48,127 bases of DNA from a virus (lineage: Duplodnaviria; Caudoviricetes), in IMG/VR virus record IMGVR_UViG_3300022177_000081, positions 1 to 48,127 of that record. One strand, given 5' to 3'. This document shows, one piece after another, positions 8,121 through 16,866 of the stretch (positions are counted from its first letter, which is position 1; every line of letters begins with the position of its first letter). The notes beneath the pieces were generated by a model, which was not told the origin of the DNA, did no database searches, and saw only the letters and a list, made by a program, of their open reading frames with translations. The position numbers and the translations under genes were made by a program.

Positions 8121-9589
8121 GCCGATTCCTTCGGGGTTTCGATGCTGACGGTCACGTCGGGGTGCCGGGCCGAGCTCGTGGCGACACCACCCTTTTTCCG
8201 GCTGGACAGGGTGACGGTATTGCCGTCGGCGTAGTGCATGACCACGCTGTCGCCGTCGGGCCCCTTTTCAACGCTGCGGACGCCGCCGGCCCGCAGGGCC
8301 AGGGCGAGGGACACGGTATTTTCGGCGGCGGTGACGCCCAGGCGGCGGCCGCCTGCCTTGCGGACGCATCCGTCCGCAAACACGTTGTCGCGCTCCATCT
8401 GTTCGATGAACCGGGCGGCCTTGTTGAAGCCGATGCGGAACTGGCGTTGCAGGCCGGATATGGAGGCTGTGCCCTGGGCCCGGACGAATTCCAGGGCCTG
8501 GGCATAGGTTTGGTCCGTGGAGGTGTCGTTGGCGGCGGCTTCGGGCAGGGTCCGCCGGGAGGGCTTGGCCTTCCTGGGGGCCTTGTCCTTCGGCAGCAGG
8601 CCCTTGTCCCGCAACCAGGTCAGGTACAGCGTGTCCCACGTCGAAAACAGGCGCTCGAGGCTCAAATGCTTGTCCGCGAACGACCCGTCGGGATCCTCGC
8701 GGTCATGGGTCCAGAACGTGGTGTCCACGCGCATGGCGAACGTCTCGCCCCGCACACTGATCAGGTATTCGTCGCCGCTGATGGCCATGAGAAGAATGGC
8801 CTCGACGACACGGTGGTTGTTCGCCAATGCCGCCTTGACTGCGTCGGTTTCGCCCACGGCGGTCAAGGTGAGCTTTTTGTCCGGATCGGCGACGACGACG
8901 CGCTCGAAAAACACCTCCACGTCCTTTCCGGCCACGTCCAGGGTGTCGCCGTCGTGGGAATGCAGCCACGTCAGGAAGTCCTGACCGACGGTCAAAGGGC
9001 AGTTTTCGCCGGGAGAAAAAGGGGTGAACGGCACGACGGGATTGACGACGCAGGCGAACGTGTTTGCGAACAGCAAACGGAACAGCTCGAGGTGCCGGAC
9101 AGTCGTCGAGCAGAGCCATATCTCGCCGGTTCCGGGCGTGGTCCAGATCACGTCGGCCAAAGACGGCACCGGCGCGGCCTGGGACAGCAACGCCAAGCGC
9201 ACGCGCTCGCGCACCTCGGCCTTTTCGTCCTTGCTCACAAACGGGATGAGGATTTTTTTCATGACCTCTTCCCGCTTACGCTCCAGGAATTTCTTGATTT
9301 CCTGCCGGGTCCGGACCTCCAGGAGCTTTCCCGGCACGCTGCGTTTGTCCAGTCGGAACGTCCAGGCCAGATGCGCCAGCCGTTCGGGCGCGGACGCCGT
9401 CCACTGGTTGTCTGTGGGATCGTCGATGTTCACCCACCCGTGGGATTCCTCGTCGGGCAGAGTGTCGATGGGGCGGAAACCGTGCCGGGCCAGATGCTCC
9501 GTGGCCTGCTGCAGGGTGGCGCGGTCGATGCCGCTGTCGCCGGCGAGGCGGAACCGGGTGATGGGGCAGGACCGTGCAAGGAAGGGCAT
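8117..9589 (-). CDS. RdgC-like recombination-associated protein fused to an FtsK gamma domain
   Basis: N-terminal F..ID....EESHGWV...FRLDKRSVP (RdgC-like); C-terminal YAQALEFVRAQGTASISGLQRQFRIGFNKAARFIEQME (FtsK gamma winged helix). Confidence 0.8.
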   Translation of the reverse strand: MPFLARSCPITRFRLAGDSGIDRATLQQATEHLARHGFRPIDTLPDEESHGWVNIDDPTDNQWTASAPERLAHLAWTFRLDKRSVPGKLLEVRTRQEIKKFLERKREEVMKKILIPFVSKDEKAEVRERVRLALLSQAAPVPSLADVIWTTPGTGEIWLCSTTVRHLELFRLLFANTFACVVNPVVPFTPFSPGENCPLTVGQDFLTWLHSHDGDTLDVAGKDVEVFFERVVVADPDKKLTLTAVGETDAVKAALANNHRVVEAILLMAISGDEYLISVRGETFAMRVDTTFWTHDREDPDGSFADKHLSLERLFSTWDTLYLTWLRDKGLLPKDKAPRKAKPSRRTLPEAAANDTSTDQTYAQALEFVRAQGTASISGLQRQFRIGFNKAARFIEQMERDNVFADGCVRKAGGRRLGVTAAENTVSLALALRAGGVRSVEKGPDGDSVVMHYADGNTVTLSSRKKGGVATSSARHPDVTVSIETPKESA

Positions 9590-9795
9590 CAGGCGCTCCT
9601 TTCCGGCACGATGGTGAACACGTCCCGGCCGCCGTGGCCGTCGATGACCAGCAGGCGGTTTTTGAGCTCGCCCAGGCTGCAGCCGGAAATCGTGTAGAGG
9701 GTGCCGCGCGTCAGGCATCGGGCAGTCAGCCGGTGCCGCTGGCGGTCATAGGCGTAGTAGGCCATTCGGGAGCCGATGATCAGTTTCCGCGACAT
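9589..9795 (-). CDS. Hypothetical protein
   Basis: 68 aa; GGAGG RBS; stop abuts the next start. Confidence 0.6.
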   Translation of the reverse strand: MSRKLIIGSRMAYYAYDRQRHRLTARCLTRGTLYTISGCSLGELKNRLLVIDGHGGRDVFTIVPERSA

Positions 9796-10001
9796 GTTTC
9801 CTCCCTGTCTCCGGTCGGCGTGGCCAGCATGCGGCCATCCGCCGTGTGTTTGCGTTGCAGGTAGGCGTAGGGGGCGAGAGTGCCCAGGATCGCCCGGCGG
9901 TCCCCGTAGGAGAGCCCGGCCCGGTTGGCCAGGGCCTGGATGCGCGTCACCACGTCATCGATGGCGTCGGGCAGGGGCATGTCGCCGGGCGCGGGGGTCA
10001 T
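9780..10001 (-). CDS. Hypothetical protein
   Basis: 73 aa; ATGA coupling. Confidence 0.55.
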   Translation of the reverse strand: MTPAPGDMPLPDAIDDVVTRIQALANRAGLSYGDRRAILGTLAPYAYLQRKHTADGRMLATPTGDREETCRGN

Positions 10002-10225
10002 GCCGGTTTTTCCGCCGCCAGGGCCGGGCGGGCGACGTCGTAGCAGCCGCCGGAGCCGAGGCCGTCCACATAGGCCTGCATCTCCAGGCAGCGGTCCATG
10101 GTCCTGGGGTCTTCGGTGGCCGCCTGCCTGATGTTCAGGCGCAGGGCCAGGAGGTTCATCCGGCCGGGCAGGCAGATCACGGGCATGATGGGCATGGCGG
10201 GCCTCGCTTGCGTGTGGGTGCTCAC
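9998..10225 (-). CDS. Hypothetical protein
   Basis: GTG start overlaps the upstream TGA (GTGA); fills the operon gap. Confidence 0.5.
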   Translation of the reverse strand: MSTHTQARPAMPIMPVICLPGRMNLLALRLNIRQAATEDPRTMDRCLEMQAYVDGLGSGGCYDVARPALAAEKPA

Positions 10226-10611
10226 GGCTTTGACGGTTCGGCGTCCAGGAAGCTGAGCACGACGTCGAGGAGTTCCGGAGTCAGGGGGTCGTATGCGTCT
10301 TCGTTGCTTTGCCATTTGATGTTCACGCGCAACGGCGTCGCGTCGATGGATTTTTGGTATTTCCGCCGGATGGTTATGGCCAGATGTCCCGGATGTTCGA
10401 GCGAGTAATTCAGGTTGGCTACGTGCCTGATGTTTCCCTCTTCCTGCTTGAGTTCGCCAAGTTTGCCGTACTCCAAGCTCTGCCATGGGGCATATCCATG
10501 CCGGATGAGCACCGCGTGATACGGCGCGATGTCGATGTCTTGGCCGGCAAAAAACTTGAGAGCTTCGGGATCGATCGGAACGTCGGGCGTGTCGCCGGGT
10601 TGTGTGGACAT
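10222..10611 (-). CDS. Hypothetical protein, first gene of the leftward early operon
   Basis: GAGGAG RBS before ATG 10611; 129 aa. Confidence 0.7.
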   Translation of the reverse strand: MSTQPGDTPDVPIDPEALKFFAGQDIDIAPYHAVLIRHGYAPWQSLEYGKLGELKQEEGNIRHVANLNYSLEHPGHLAITIRRKYQKSIDATPLRVNIKWQSNEDAYDPLTPELLDVVLSFLDAEPSKP

Positions 10612-10834
10612 GGCTCCTCGCTTTGTTTTGGGGCCTGCCTTTGTGGGACAGGCCCCATGTTGCACCGGGCGGACGGCCGATTCCGGCTACACACGCCCAA
10701 CCGTGGAAGGTTCGCTGTCGGTCTCCCGCATCGTGCCCCCTACTGATCCGGCCGCCTGGCTGTGCCCCCTTGGGGGGCCTGGACCGGCCCGCTATGCGGT
10801 GGCCGTCGTTCGGAGTGTCTCACGGGATGGCCCG

Positions 10835-10862
10835 AAAATATCGAATTAGAAATTCTAGTCAA
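10835..10862 (-). promoter_or_regulatory. PL-like sigma70 promoter with overlapping operator
   Basis: Minus strand TTGACT-N16-TATTTT in an AT-rich island; near-identical to the rightward promoter. Confidence 0.65.
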
Positions 10863-10892
10863 CAAAAAATAATCTATTTAGCGAGTCAAATG

Positions 10893-10920
10893 CAAAAAAA
10901 ATGCCCCTAATGGGGCATTT
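10893..10920 (-). terminator. Intrinsic terminator downstream of the repressor gene
   Basis: AAATGCCCC-TAAT-GGGGCATTT hairpin followed by a U-tract on the minus strand. Confidence 0.8.
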
Positions 10921-10946
10921 CACTGGTCAAACCAAGGGAGAAGCGG

Positions 10947-11702
10947 CTAGCGGCGGGTCATGTCGGCCCACAGGCCGACGACGCGGCCGATGATGGGCTT
11001 GCTGTAGTCCCCCAGGAAGTCATCCTGGAGAAAGTAGGTATCTGGCGGAAATTCGTGGGAATTGAGGGAGTAGAAGGTGATCATTTCGCGGCCGCGTCGT
11101 TGGTGCAGCTGTACCTTTTTGACGGCCTCGCCGCCGTCGGGGTCGCGAATCAGAAAAATGTCGCTGCCGCGGCGCGGATCGGTGTCGTGGCGATCCACGA
11201 ACACCATGTCGCCGGCCTGGATCAGCGGGATCATGGACCGCTGGCCCTGGGCCACACGGATCGCCAGCAGGCCGGTGCGGCCGCGTACCAGCGGGTCCGT
11301 GACGTCGATGGCGACCCACGACTGGATCCGCTCATCGGGGATCAGCCCGGGCCCGGCCGCCACTTCGGTGGTGACCACGGGCACCGCACGGAATCTGTCG
11401 GTGGGGATCTGGGGGGGGATTTCGTCCGGGTTGGTCAGGTGCAGGACTTTAACGTCCCGCATCCCGGCGCCCTCATCGTCGGGAAAAACGATACGGGCGC
11501 CAAGCCGCTCCAGCCAGCCGACGTAGTCCTCGGCATTCGTCTGCTTCCCTTTGAGGACTTTGCTGAATGTGGAGTAGTGCGCCCTGGCCTGCGCGGCCAC
11601 GCGCGTTTTGCCGCCCGGCCCCGTTGACAACCGCTCGAGCCAGGCCAGGCTTTTGTCGTACATGGAGGGCATCGTGCGATTGTCTATCGGGCGTGGGGAC
11701 AT
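10947..11702 (-). CDS. CI-like repressor (HTH plus S24 autopeptidase)
   Basis: N-terminal HTH-like segment, Ala-Gly cleavage site (VAAGPG), catalytic Ser (RSMIP) and Lys (VKKV); divergent from a cro-like gene. Exact start uncertain. Confidence 0.88.
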   Translation of the reverse strand: MSPRPIDNRTMPSMYDKSLAWLERLSTGPGGKTRVAAQARAHYSTFSKVLKGKQTNAEDYVGWLERLGARIVFPDDEGAGMRDVKVLHLTNPDEIPPQIPTDRFRAVPVVTTEVAAGPGLIPDERIQSWVAIDVTDPLVRGRTGLLAIRVAQGQRSMIPLIQAGDMVFVDRHDTDPRRGSDIFLIRDPDGGEAVKKVQLHQRRGREMITFYSLNSHEFPPDTYFLQDDFLGDYSKPIIGRVVGLWADMTRR

Positions 11703-11731
11703 TTCGCAAATTTCATATTAGATGTTTTTGG

Positions 11732-11759
11732 TTGACGTAAATTGCTAATTAGATATTTT
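11732..11759 (+). promoter_or_regulatory. PR-like sigma70 promoter with overlapping operator
   Basis: TTGACG-N16-TATTTT directly upstream of the cro-like ATG. Confidence 0.65.
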
Positions 11760-11767
11760 TCGTCCCC

Positions 11768-11998
11768 ATGAACCGACGCAAATCACTGACCGAGGCCATG
11801 GCCCGGCTGGGCATGACCGTTCCGCAGTATGCCGCGAAATGCGGGGTGTCCCAGTCCGCGATCTACAAATTCCTGAATGGGCGGGATCTCTGGCTGTCCA
11901 CGTGGGACAAGATCGACCCGAGCCGGATCCCCATGGTCCCCCCCACCCAAGACTCCACACTACCGGCCCAGCCGCAAAGCGCGAGGATAATTTCGTGA
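11768..11998 (+). CDS. Cro-like HTH regulator
   Basis: GMTVPQYAAKCGVSQSAIYKFLNG HTH; divergent from CI. Confidence 0.85.
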   Translation: MNRRKSLTEAMARLGMTVPQYAAKCGVSQSAIYKFLNGRDLWLSTWDKIDPSRIPMVPPTQDSTLPAQPQSARIIS

Positions 11999-12480
11999 TC
12001 AAAGTGGACGCAGACGTGCCCCTGACCACGTGGGGATTTTTCCAGTTGTCCATCGAAGTCCTCGACATCTCGGGCCTGGCCCGCATCCACCGCAAGAGCC
12101 ACGACACAATCTACAAGTACGCGCGCAATCCGGAACGATTCCCCGAGGGAGAGGTCCGTCAGGATCCGCTGCGGCGCATGTTGCTTCAGTGCGCGGATGT
12201 GGCTGCCTTGGGAGGATCGCGAGGGCAGGCGGCAGTGCGTGTGGTGGCCGCCATGTTCGCGGCGCTGGTGGAGTGCGAGGTCATGCCGCGCGAGGCCGTC
12301 CGGCCGGATCGTGCGGACGTGCCGGGCGAGTGCCTCGACGATTACCCGGCCATGGTCAGGTTGCACGAGATGATCCGCGAGGGGGCGCCCCAGGAGGCGG
12401 TGGAGGATCAGTTCCGCTTGGTGGTACGCGAGCTACGGGAGACACTCGCGGCCTACGCGGCGGCGGGGGGCGGTCAATGA
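11995..12480 (+). CDS. CII-like phage regulatory protein
   Basis: GTGA overlap with the cro stop; HTH-like LARIHRKSHDTIYKYARNP; position after cro. Confidence 0.6.
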   Translation: MIKVDADVPLTTWGFFQLSIEVLDISGLARIHRKSHDTIYKYARNPERFPEGEVRQDPLRRMLLQCADVAALGGSRGQAAVRVVAAMFAALVECEVMPREAVRPDRADVPGECLDDYPAMVRLHEMIREGAPQEAVEDQFRLVVRELRETLAAYAAAGGGQ

Positions 12481-12688
12481 TTCCGGATGGTTGGCCTTGT
12501 GGCGCGCCCCCCTGCCCCCCAGGAGCAGGCGCGGCAATGGTCCCATGCTCCATGGGCGTTTATGGGTCCTTCCTGGCCCTTGCTTTATGCGGAGCGGCAG
12601 AGCCTCAAGAAATCGCAAAATTCGGATGCACAGAATTTATTGCACTTTTGCATAGGCCGTAGCTGTGTCAATGTTATGACATGGGGTC

Positions 12689-14302
12689 GTGATGCCAAGA
12701 GAACGGGTTGATGAGTTGGAGCGGATACAGATCCAGATGCGCAGTCGGGCTGAAGCCGAAGAAGCGATGTATGCCAAAAAAGACGCAGAGGGAGATATAG
12801 TCTCGTCTGACTTCCTCGCACGTTGCGCAGAGGATGGAGAGCGGGGAGCGGCAGAAATTTTCCGTAGATTGTACATGACATGGAATGGATCAACGGCACC
12901 GGAAGCATATAAAAAAAAGTTACTCTTTTGCCCTGATCCAGATCTTGGCTGGCACTGGTGGGATGGTCATCACTGGAATCAGGACAGATCTAGGCGAGTG
13001 CTGGAAGCCTTGGACGGTGTCGTCGATATCCTGCGCAAGGAATCGACGAGGCAGTGGGAGTGTTTCCGGAAGGCAAAAAAGGATGGGGATGATGAGGAAA
13101 AGAAGCTCGCGGATCGTCGAGCTCGAGCGCTATGGAAGATGTCGAACGAATTGAACGGCACTCGTAAGCGGGGCAGTGTCCTGACCATGGCCATGGCCGG
13201 CCGCGACGCCCCGCCATGGGATCGATCCCCCTGGTTGTTTCCGGCAAAAAACGGGGCGGTCGACCTCAAAACCGGACGTCTCATGCCAGGACATCCGTCC
13301 GATTACCTACGGGGTGGAGCTCCTACACCATACAAAGAAGATGCGACGTGCCCGCAATGGGAGCATTTCCTCTCACAGGTTATGGGGGGGGATGGGGAAA
13401 TGGTCACGTTTTTAAAGCGTGTTCTTGGATATGCAATTACAGGTTTGTCCATCCACCATAAATTTTTCGTGTTTTGGGGTCGGTCTCGGAATGGGAAGGG
13501 GACTCTGATTGAAACGATTCGGAAGGTCTTGGGCCCGGCATTGGCTGGGCCGATTATGGCCGAAATGCTGCTGGATCAAGGGCGATCTCGATCATCCGCC
13601 GCCGCCAGTCCGGACATTATTGATTTGATGGGCAAGCGTATCATCTGGGCCTCCGAGACAGACGAGGGCCGCCGGTTTTCGAGCGCAGCTGTGAAGCTGA
13701 TGACCGGCGGGGATACTCTGAAAGGCCGCCCACTCCAGGGGATGATGGTCGAAATCCAACCGAATCACACCCTGTTCCTGCTGACAAATGAGCGGCCGGA
13801 CGCGCCTGCCTCGGATCAGGGTTTCTGGTCCAGATGTCTGCTGATCAAATTCAATGAGCGATTTGTCGAAACCCCGCGCCTACCGAACGAGCATCCCATA
13901 GATGTTCATCTGCCGGAAAAGCTGGAATCGGAATTGCCGGGCATCCTGCGCTGGCTCGTGGAAGGTTGCCTGGAATGGCAACGTGACGGGCTGCGGCCGC
14001 CTACCCGTGTCGTCGCTGACACGGATGAATACCGTGGTGACGTGGATATATTTGGTCGATTCCTGGCCGAGGACTGCGTCAGAATCCCAGGGGCGAAGAT
14101 CCAGTGCGCCGAGCTTTACGGCCAATATGAAAAATGGGCGAAGGCCAACGGATTCAAGAAGCCCTGGAGCAGCATCAAAATTTCCAAAGAGCTCAAGGCC
14201 AGGGGCCTCAAGCAGTTTAAATCCAGTTATGTTTACTGGTTGGACGTGGAAATTAAGACGGAATTTAACGCCCACCAGTGCGTTGGTTGGGAGAGTTTAT
14301 AG
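12689..14302 (+). CDS. P4/D5-family primase-associated SF3 helicase
   Basis: D5_N-like W.WWDG.HW and NGAVDLKTG; Walker A GRSRNGKGT; ASE; VKLMTGGD; C-terminal winged-helix-like region. Confidence 0.92.
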   Translation: MMPRERVDELERIQIQMRSRAEAEEAMYAKKDAEGDIVSSDFLARCAEDGERGAAEIFRRLYMTWNGSTAPEAYKKKLLFCPDPDLGWHWWDGHHWNQDRSRRVLEALDGVVDILRKESTRQWECFRKAKKDGDDEEKKLADRRARALWKMSNELNGTRKRGSVLTMAMAGRDAPPWDRSPWLFPAKNGAVDLKTGRLMPGHPSDYLRGGAPTPYKEDATCPQWEHFLSQVMGGDGEMVTFLKRVLGYAITGLSIHHKFFVFWGRSRNGKGTLIETIRKVLGPALAGPIMAEMLLDQGRSRSSAAASPDIIDLMGKRIIWASETDEGRRFSSAAVKLMTGGDTLKGRPLQGMMVEIQPNHTLFLLTNERPDAPASDQGFWSRCLLIKFNERFVETPRLPNEHPIDVHLPEKLESELPGILRWLVEGCLEWQRDGLRPPTRVVADTDEYRGDVDIFGRFLAEDCVRIPGAKIQCAELYGQYEKWAKANGFKKPWSSIKISKELKARGLKQFKSSYVYWLDVEIKTEFNAHQCVGWESL

Positions 14303-14540
14303 ATGTTCCCGGAAACTCTAAGGAAAACTCCCATGGATGAACGTCTTTTATTTTGCATGGTTATATTGGTGTATTGCCGCCTTTGGGAGTATTTAGACTT
14401 TTTTATACATACACACACGGAAGAAATAATAAATAAAGACAATAGCGGTGATGCGCCTATCGCGCCAAAAAACTCTAAAAACTCCCGACCTATTGCGGTT
14501 GGCCGAAATCCGGCCGTCGGACACTCCCAAAAAGCTCCTA
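14289..14540. repeat. Candidate replication origin: inverted AAAAAACTCTAAAAACTCCC-like repeats around an AT-rich core
   Basis: 14385-14404 and 14467-14486 are an 18/20 inverted pair; related copies at 14289-14305, 14312-14332 and about 14523-14539; lies between helicase and primase. Confidence 0.6.
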
Positions 14541-14600
14541 TTTTCCGGGCCGAATCTCCCATGCGTGGTGCCGCGTATGGCAATATCCGGGGGGGATCGT

Positions 14601-16106
14601 ATGGGAATCGCTGAACAAAAGCTCTCGCCGACCGAGCGCCGGGATATCGCCTTGACGCTCCTTCCCGGCGCCAAGGACGCGGCAAAGGGCCGCCTGCAGG
14701 CCAAATGCCCGTTCCATGGCGACACGAATCCCAGCTTCTACTATTCGTGGCAGGAGGATTGGTACCGCTGCTATGGCTGCGACGAGCGCGGCGATCTGTG
14801 CCGCCTGTACGGCAGGCTCCATAACCTGGACGATAAGGACGGATTCCGGGAGTTTGCCCGGCGCTATCTGGGGGGAATCGAGGCGAAGGGGCGGCGGGGG
14901 TACGAGACGCCGCCACCGCCAAAGCCTGCCGTGGCCCCTGACCGCTTCAAGCCTGGTGATCCTCCCCATGCCCCTGATGTCTGGGCTGACCGCGCCCTGA
15001 AATTTGCGGACTATGCCCATGATCAGATTTTTGATCCAGCCAACGCCATGGCCTTGGACTACCTGTGCGGCCGTGGCCTGACCGAGGAAACCGTCCGCCG
15101 GTTCCGGCTGGGGTGGAATCCCAAGGATTATTTCCGGCCTCGGCAGGCGTGGGGGCTGTCGGCCGAAAAAAAACCGAACGGTCGATGGAAACATATTCGG
15201 TTGGCCATGGGCTGGGTCATCCCGACCATCGTCGACGGCCAAGTCTGGCGGCTCAAGATACGGCAGACGCCGGAGGCGTTGCTCGATCCGGAAGCAGCTA
15301 AATATCTCCAGGTTCCCGGGGGCAGCCAGCGTACATGGGTCATCGGCTGTGACCGCCAGGTGTTCGTGCTGGTCGAAACGGAATTTGACGCACTGCTGGT
15401 GCTGCAGGCCGCCGGGGATCTGGTGGGGGCGGTTCCATTCGGATCGGCGTCCGCGAAACCTGACCGTGCCGCATTTCCTCTGCTGCATAACGCCTCGCTG
15501 TTGATCAATGCCCTGGACTTCGACAAGGCGGGCGGCGTGAACACCGGATGGTGGGCCCAGCACTTTGGTCACAACCACGAGCGGTGCCCGCCGCCGGAGG
15601 GGAAGGATTTGGGGGACTATGTCCAGGCAGGCGGCGACCTACGGGCCTGGATTCTGGCCTGTCTGCCGTCCCCGTTGCGTCGTGTCATGCTGGACGCTGC
15701 TAACGATAAAACGACTCACGCATTGAACGAAACGCCGGTTTCGTTGAACGATCCGGTCCCGTCGATTGCGAAGCCAGTACCCAGAACGGAGAATTCTGCA
15801 CTGCCGTTGTCTGACGTGGACGTTCGCATGGGTCGGGAGATCAAGGATCCAGCCCTGCGGAAAAACACGCTGGAACTGTCACTTCTGTTGCGGGTTACGC
15901 CGGAAATCACCGCTGTCGCATATCCCGGGGGCGGAATGGGATTGCGCTGGCCGTCCGGCTGGGATCGGGATCCCCGCAACGACGCCCGTTTGTGCCGTGT
16001 GAGCAGATTGCTAATGAGTGAGGCAGGGGATGCGTATAGCCGATATGTCCGGCTGCAGGTTGTGAGTCCGGACACAATGCCCGGGCCGGTTCGAGGTGGA
16101 ACATGA
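14601..16106 (+). CDS. DnaG-like primase (CHC2 zinc finger plus TOPRIM)
   Basis: CPFHGD..PSF...YRCYGC zinc finger, YLCGRGL, LVETEFDAL and LDFDKAG TOPRIM motifs. Confidence 0.88.
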   Translation: MGIAEQKLSPTERRDIALTLLPGAKDAAKGRLQAKCPFHGDTNPSFYYSWQEDWYRCYGCDERGDLCRLYGRLHNLDDKDGFREFARRYLGGIEAKGRRGYETPPPPKPAVAPDRFKPGDPPHAPDVWADRALKFADYAHDQIFDPANAMALDYLCGRGLTEETVRRFRLGWNPKDYFRPRQAWGLSAEKKPNGRWKHIRLAMGWVIPTIVDGQVWRLKIRQTPEALLDPEAAKYLQVPGGSQRTWVIGCDRQVFVLVETEFDALLVLQAAGDLVGAVPFGSASAKPDRAAFPLLHNASLLINALDFDKAGGVNTGWWAQHFGHNHERCPPPEGKDLGDYVQAGGDLRAWILACLPSPLRRVMLDAANDKTTHALNETPVSLNDPVPSIAKPVPRTENSALPLSDVDVRMGREIKDPALRKNTLELSLLLRVTPEITAVAYPGGGMGLRWPSGWDRDPRNDARLCRVSRLLMSEAGDAYSRYVRLQVVSPDTMPGPVRGGT

Positions 16107-16288
16107 TGGAGAAATGTCCTCGGTGTGAGGGAATGCACAAGGCGCTGTTGTCTGCGGAGACGCGTAATATGGACCGTGAACGCTATGTCGGCGATCTAGA
16201 GCGGATTGTTCGCGAGGTTCTGACCATGCGCGACATTCCATCGGAACTGGTGGAGCGGATCAAGCTGGTCTGCGGGGGGAGCCTGTGA
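16103..16288 (+). CDS. Hypothetical protein
   Basis: 61 aa with CxxC; ATGA/GTGA coupling on both sides. Confidence 0.6.
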   Translation: MMEKCPRCEGMHKALLSAETRNMDRERYVGDLERIVREVLTMRDIPSELVERIKLVCGGSL

Positions 16289-16866
16289 GTCGCACGAAGT
16301 TCAGTTCCCCGGCGGAGGTGGCGGTCTATCTGCAGGAAACCGGCGTCTACAAGGTTTCGCGGCGGACCGTCTACAACCACATCAAAGCCGGACTTCTGAA
16401 GCCGGACGCCGACGGGCTTTATCCGTTCGGCGATGTGCGGAAGTATGCGGAAGCGCATCTGCAGAAAATGGCGGAACCTGCGGGTGAGACGGGGGACATG
16501 AACCGGGATCTGATTGCGGCGAAAACCGCCCGGGAGCGGGCGCAGGCCCAGCGGTCGGAATTCCTCCTGCAGAAGGACCGCCGGAAATATCTGCACGTCG
16601 CTGATCACACGCTGGCCCTGGCCGGTCGGTGGCAGATGCTGCGCGATGATCTGGAGTCCCTGGCGACGTCTGCAGCTGGCGACGTGGTGGAGATGCTGGG
16701 GGGGGATCAGACCAGGATCGGCGAGGTGCAGGCCTACCTGCAGGGTGAATTCCGCTCGTTCCTGGCGGGATTCGCCAAAGCCCGTGACTTCGAGGTGCGC
16801 ATGACCGACGAGGACGTGACCGATTTCCTGGTGGCGTTCAAGGGGCAGACGGATGCGGCCGATTAA
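16285..16866 (+). CDS. Terminase small subunit (Nu1-like HTH plus coiled coil)
   Basis: N-terminal HTH (VSRRTVYNHIKAG), helical C-terminus, immediately upstream of TerL. Confidence 0.75.
   Translation: MSRTKFSSPAEVAVYLQETGVYKVSRRTVYNHIKAGLLKPDADGLYPFGDVRKYAEAHLQKMAEPAGETGDMNRDLIAAKTARERAQAQRSEFLLQKDRRKYLHVADHTLALAGRWQMLRDDLESLATSAAGDVVEMLGGDQTRIGEVQAYLQGEFRSFLAGFAKARDFEVRMTDEDVTDFLVAFKGQTDAAD

Noticed and set aside
12477-12662. 61-aa ORF coupled to the CII-like stop
   Set aside because: An ATGA overlap exists, but the product is low-complexity with no motif; insufficient support.
14303-14614. 103-aa ORF and the upstream extension (from 14448) of the primase
   Set aside because: They cross the repeat-rich AT-rich putative origin; ATG 14601 with a G-rich RBS is the more plausible primase start.
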